In this document: positions 63,831-64,000 of the stretch, in pieces
How the letters are laid out: the number at the start of each line of letters is the position of its first letter
How positions within the stretch are numbered: the first letter of the stretch is position 1
Assembly: GCF_006345805.1 (NCBI RefSeq)
Contig: NC_043016.1
Coordinates: forward strand, 10,912,001 to 10,976,000
DNA from: Octopus sinensis
Lineage: Eukaryota
DNA: 64,000 nucleotides
Direction: 5' to 3'
The notes under the pieces: generated by a model
What the model was told of the DNA's origin: nothing
Seen by the model: only the letters and a program-made list of their open reading frames with translations
Database searches by the model: none
Made by a program: the position numbers and the translations under genes

Positions 63831-64000
63831 ATCAAGTGCCGAAAATGAACTTTCTTATCTTCCATTTTAAAGGGTTACAGAATTAACACAGGTTATAGGA
63901 ACATAAACCTTCCATGAAACGATATCTTAAACTGTGCTCTATGATTTTTTTATTCACCATACAGTTTTACACAGAGGGGACACGAAACCTAAAAAAAATA

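Noticed and set aside
59360-64000. Exon 2 of the SDR gene
   Set aside because: No I/V-V-L-W-G/D-type continuation with a splice acceptor found by eye; the region is SINE, MITE, LINE and mariner sequence.

Overview
AT-rich, repeat-saturated animal genomic DNA with one 100-N scaffold gap (747-846). The SINE, LINE and microsatellite content is what I associate with an octopus (coleoid cephalopod) genome; this is inference, no search was run. Only one host coding exon is recognisable: the first exon of a DHRS3-like short-chain dehydrogenase/reductase (59135-59359, +), whose first intron runs off the end of the window. The rest is mostly mobile DNA: (1) a 5'-truncated, frameshifted RTE LINE (EN-RT with an intact C4HC3 PHD finger inside ORF2) plus six short copies of its 3' end; (2) four Dong/R4 fragments, two of them flanked by (TAA)n on both sides; (3) Penelope-like (PLE) coding remnants; (4) at least three tRNA-derived SINE families; (5) non-autonomous Helitrons, two Merlin-like MITEs, a mariner fragment and other LINE relics; (6) a 2.5-kb 26-bp minisatellite with a ~1.2-kb higher-order duplication. 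The strongest hidden signal is a set of minimal type I hammerhead ribozyme motifs with self-complementary stem III (26255, 39433, 40586; decayed at 20980, 36230 and 52357). Several sit in or beside fold-back inverted repeats that look like PLE pseudo-LTR termini. Almost all long ORFs in the supplied track are microsatellite artefacts.
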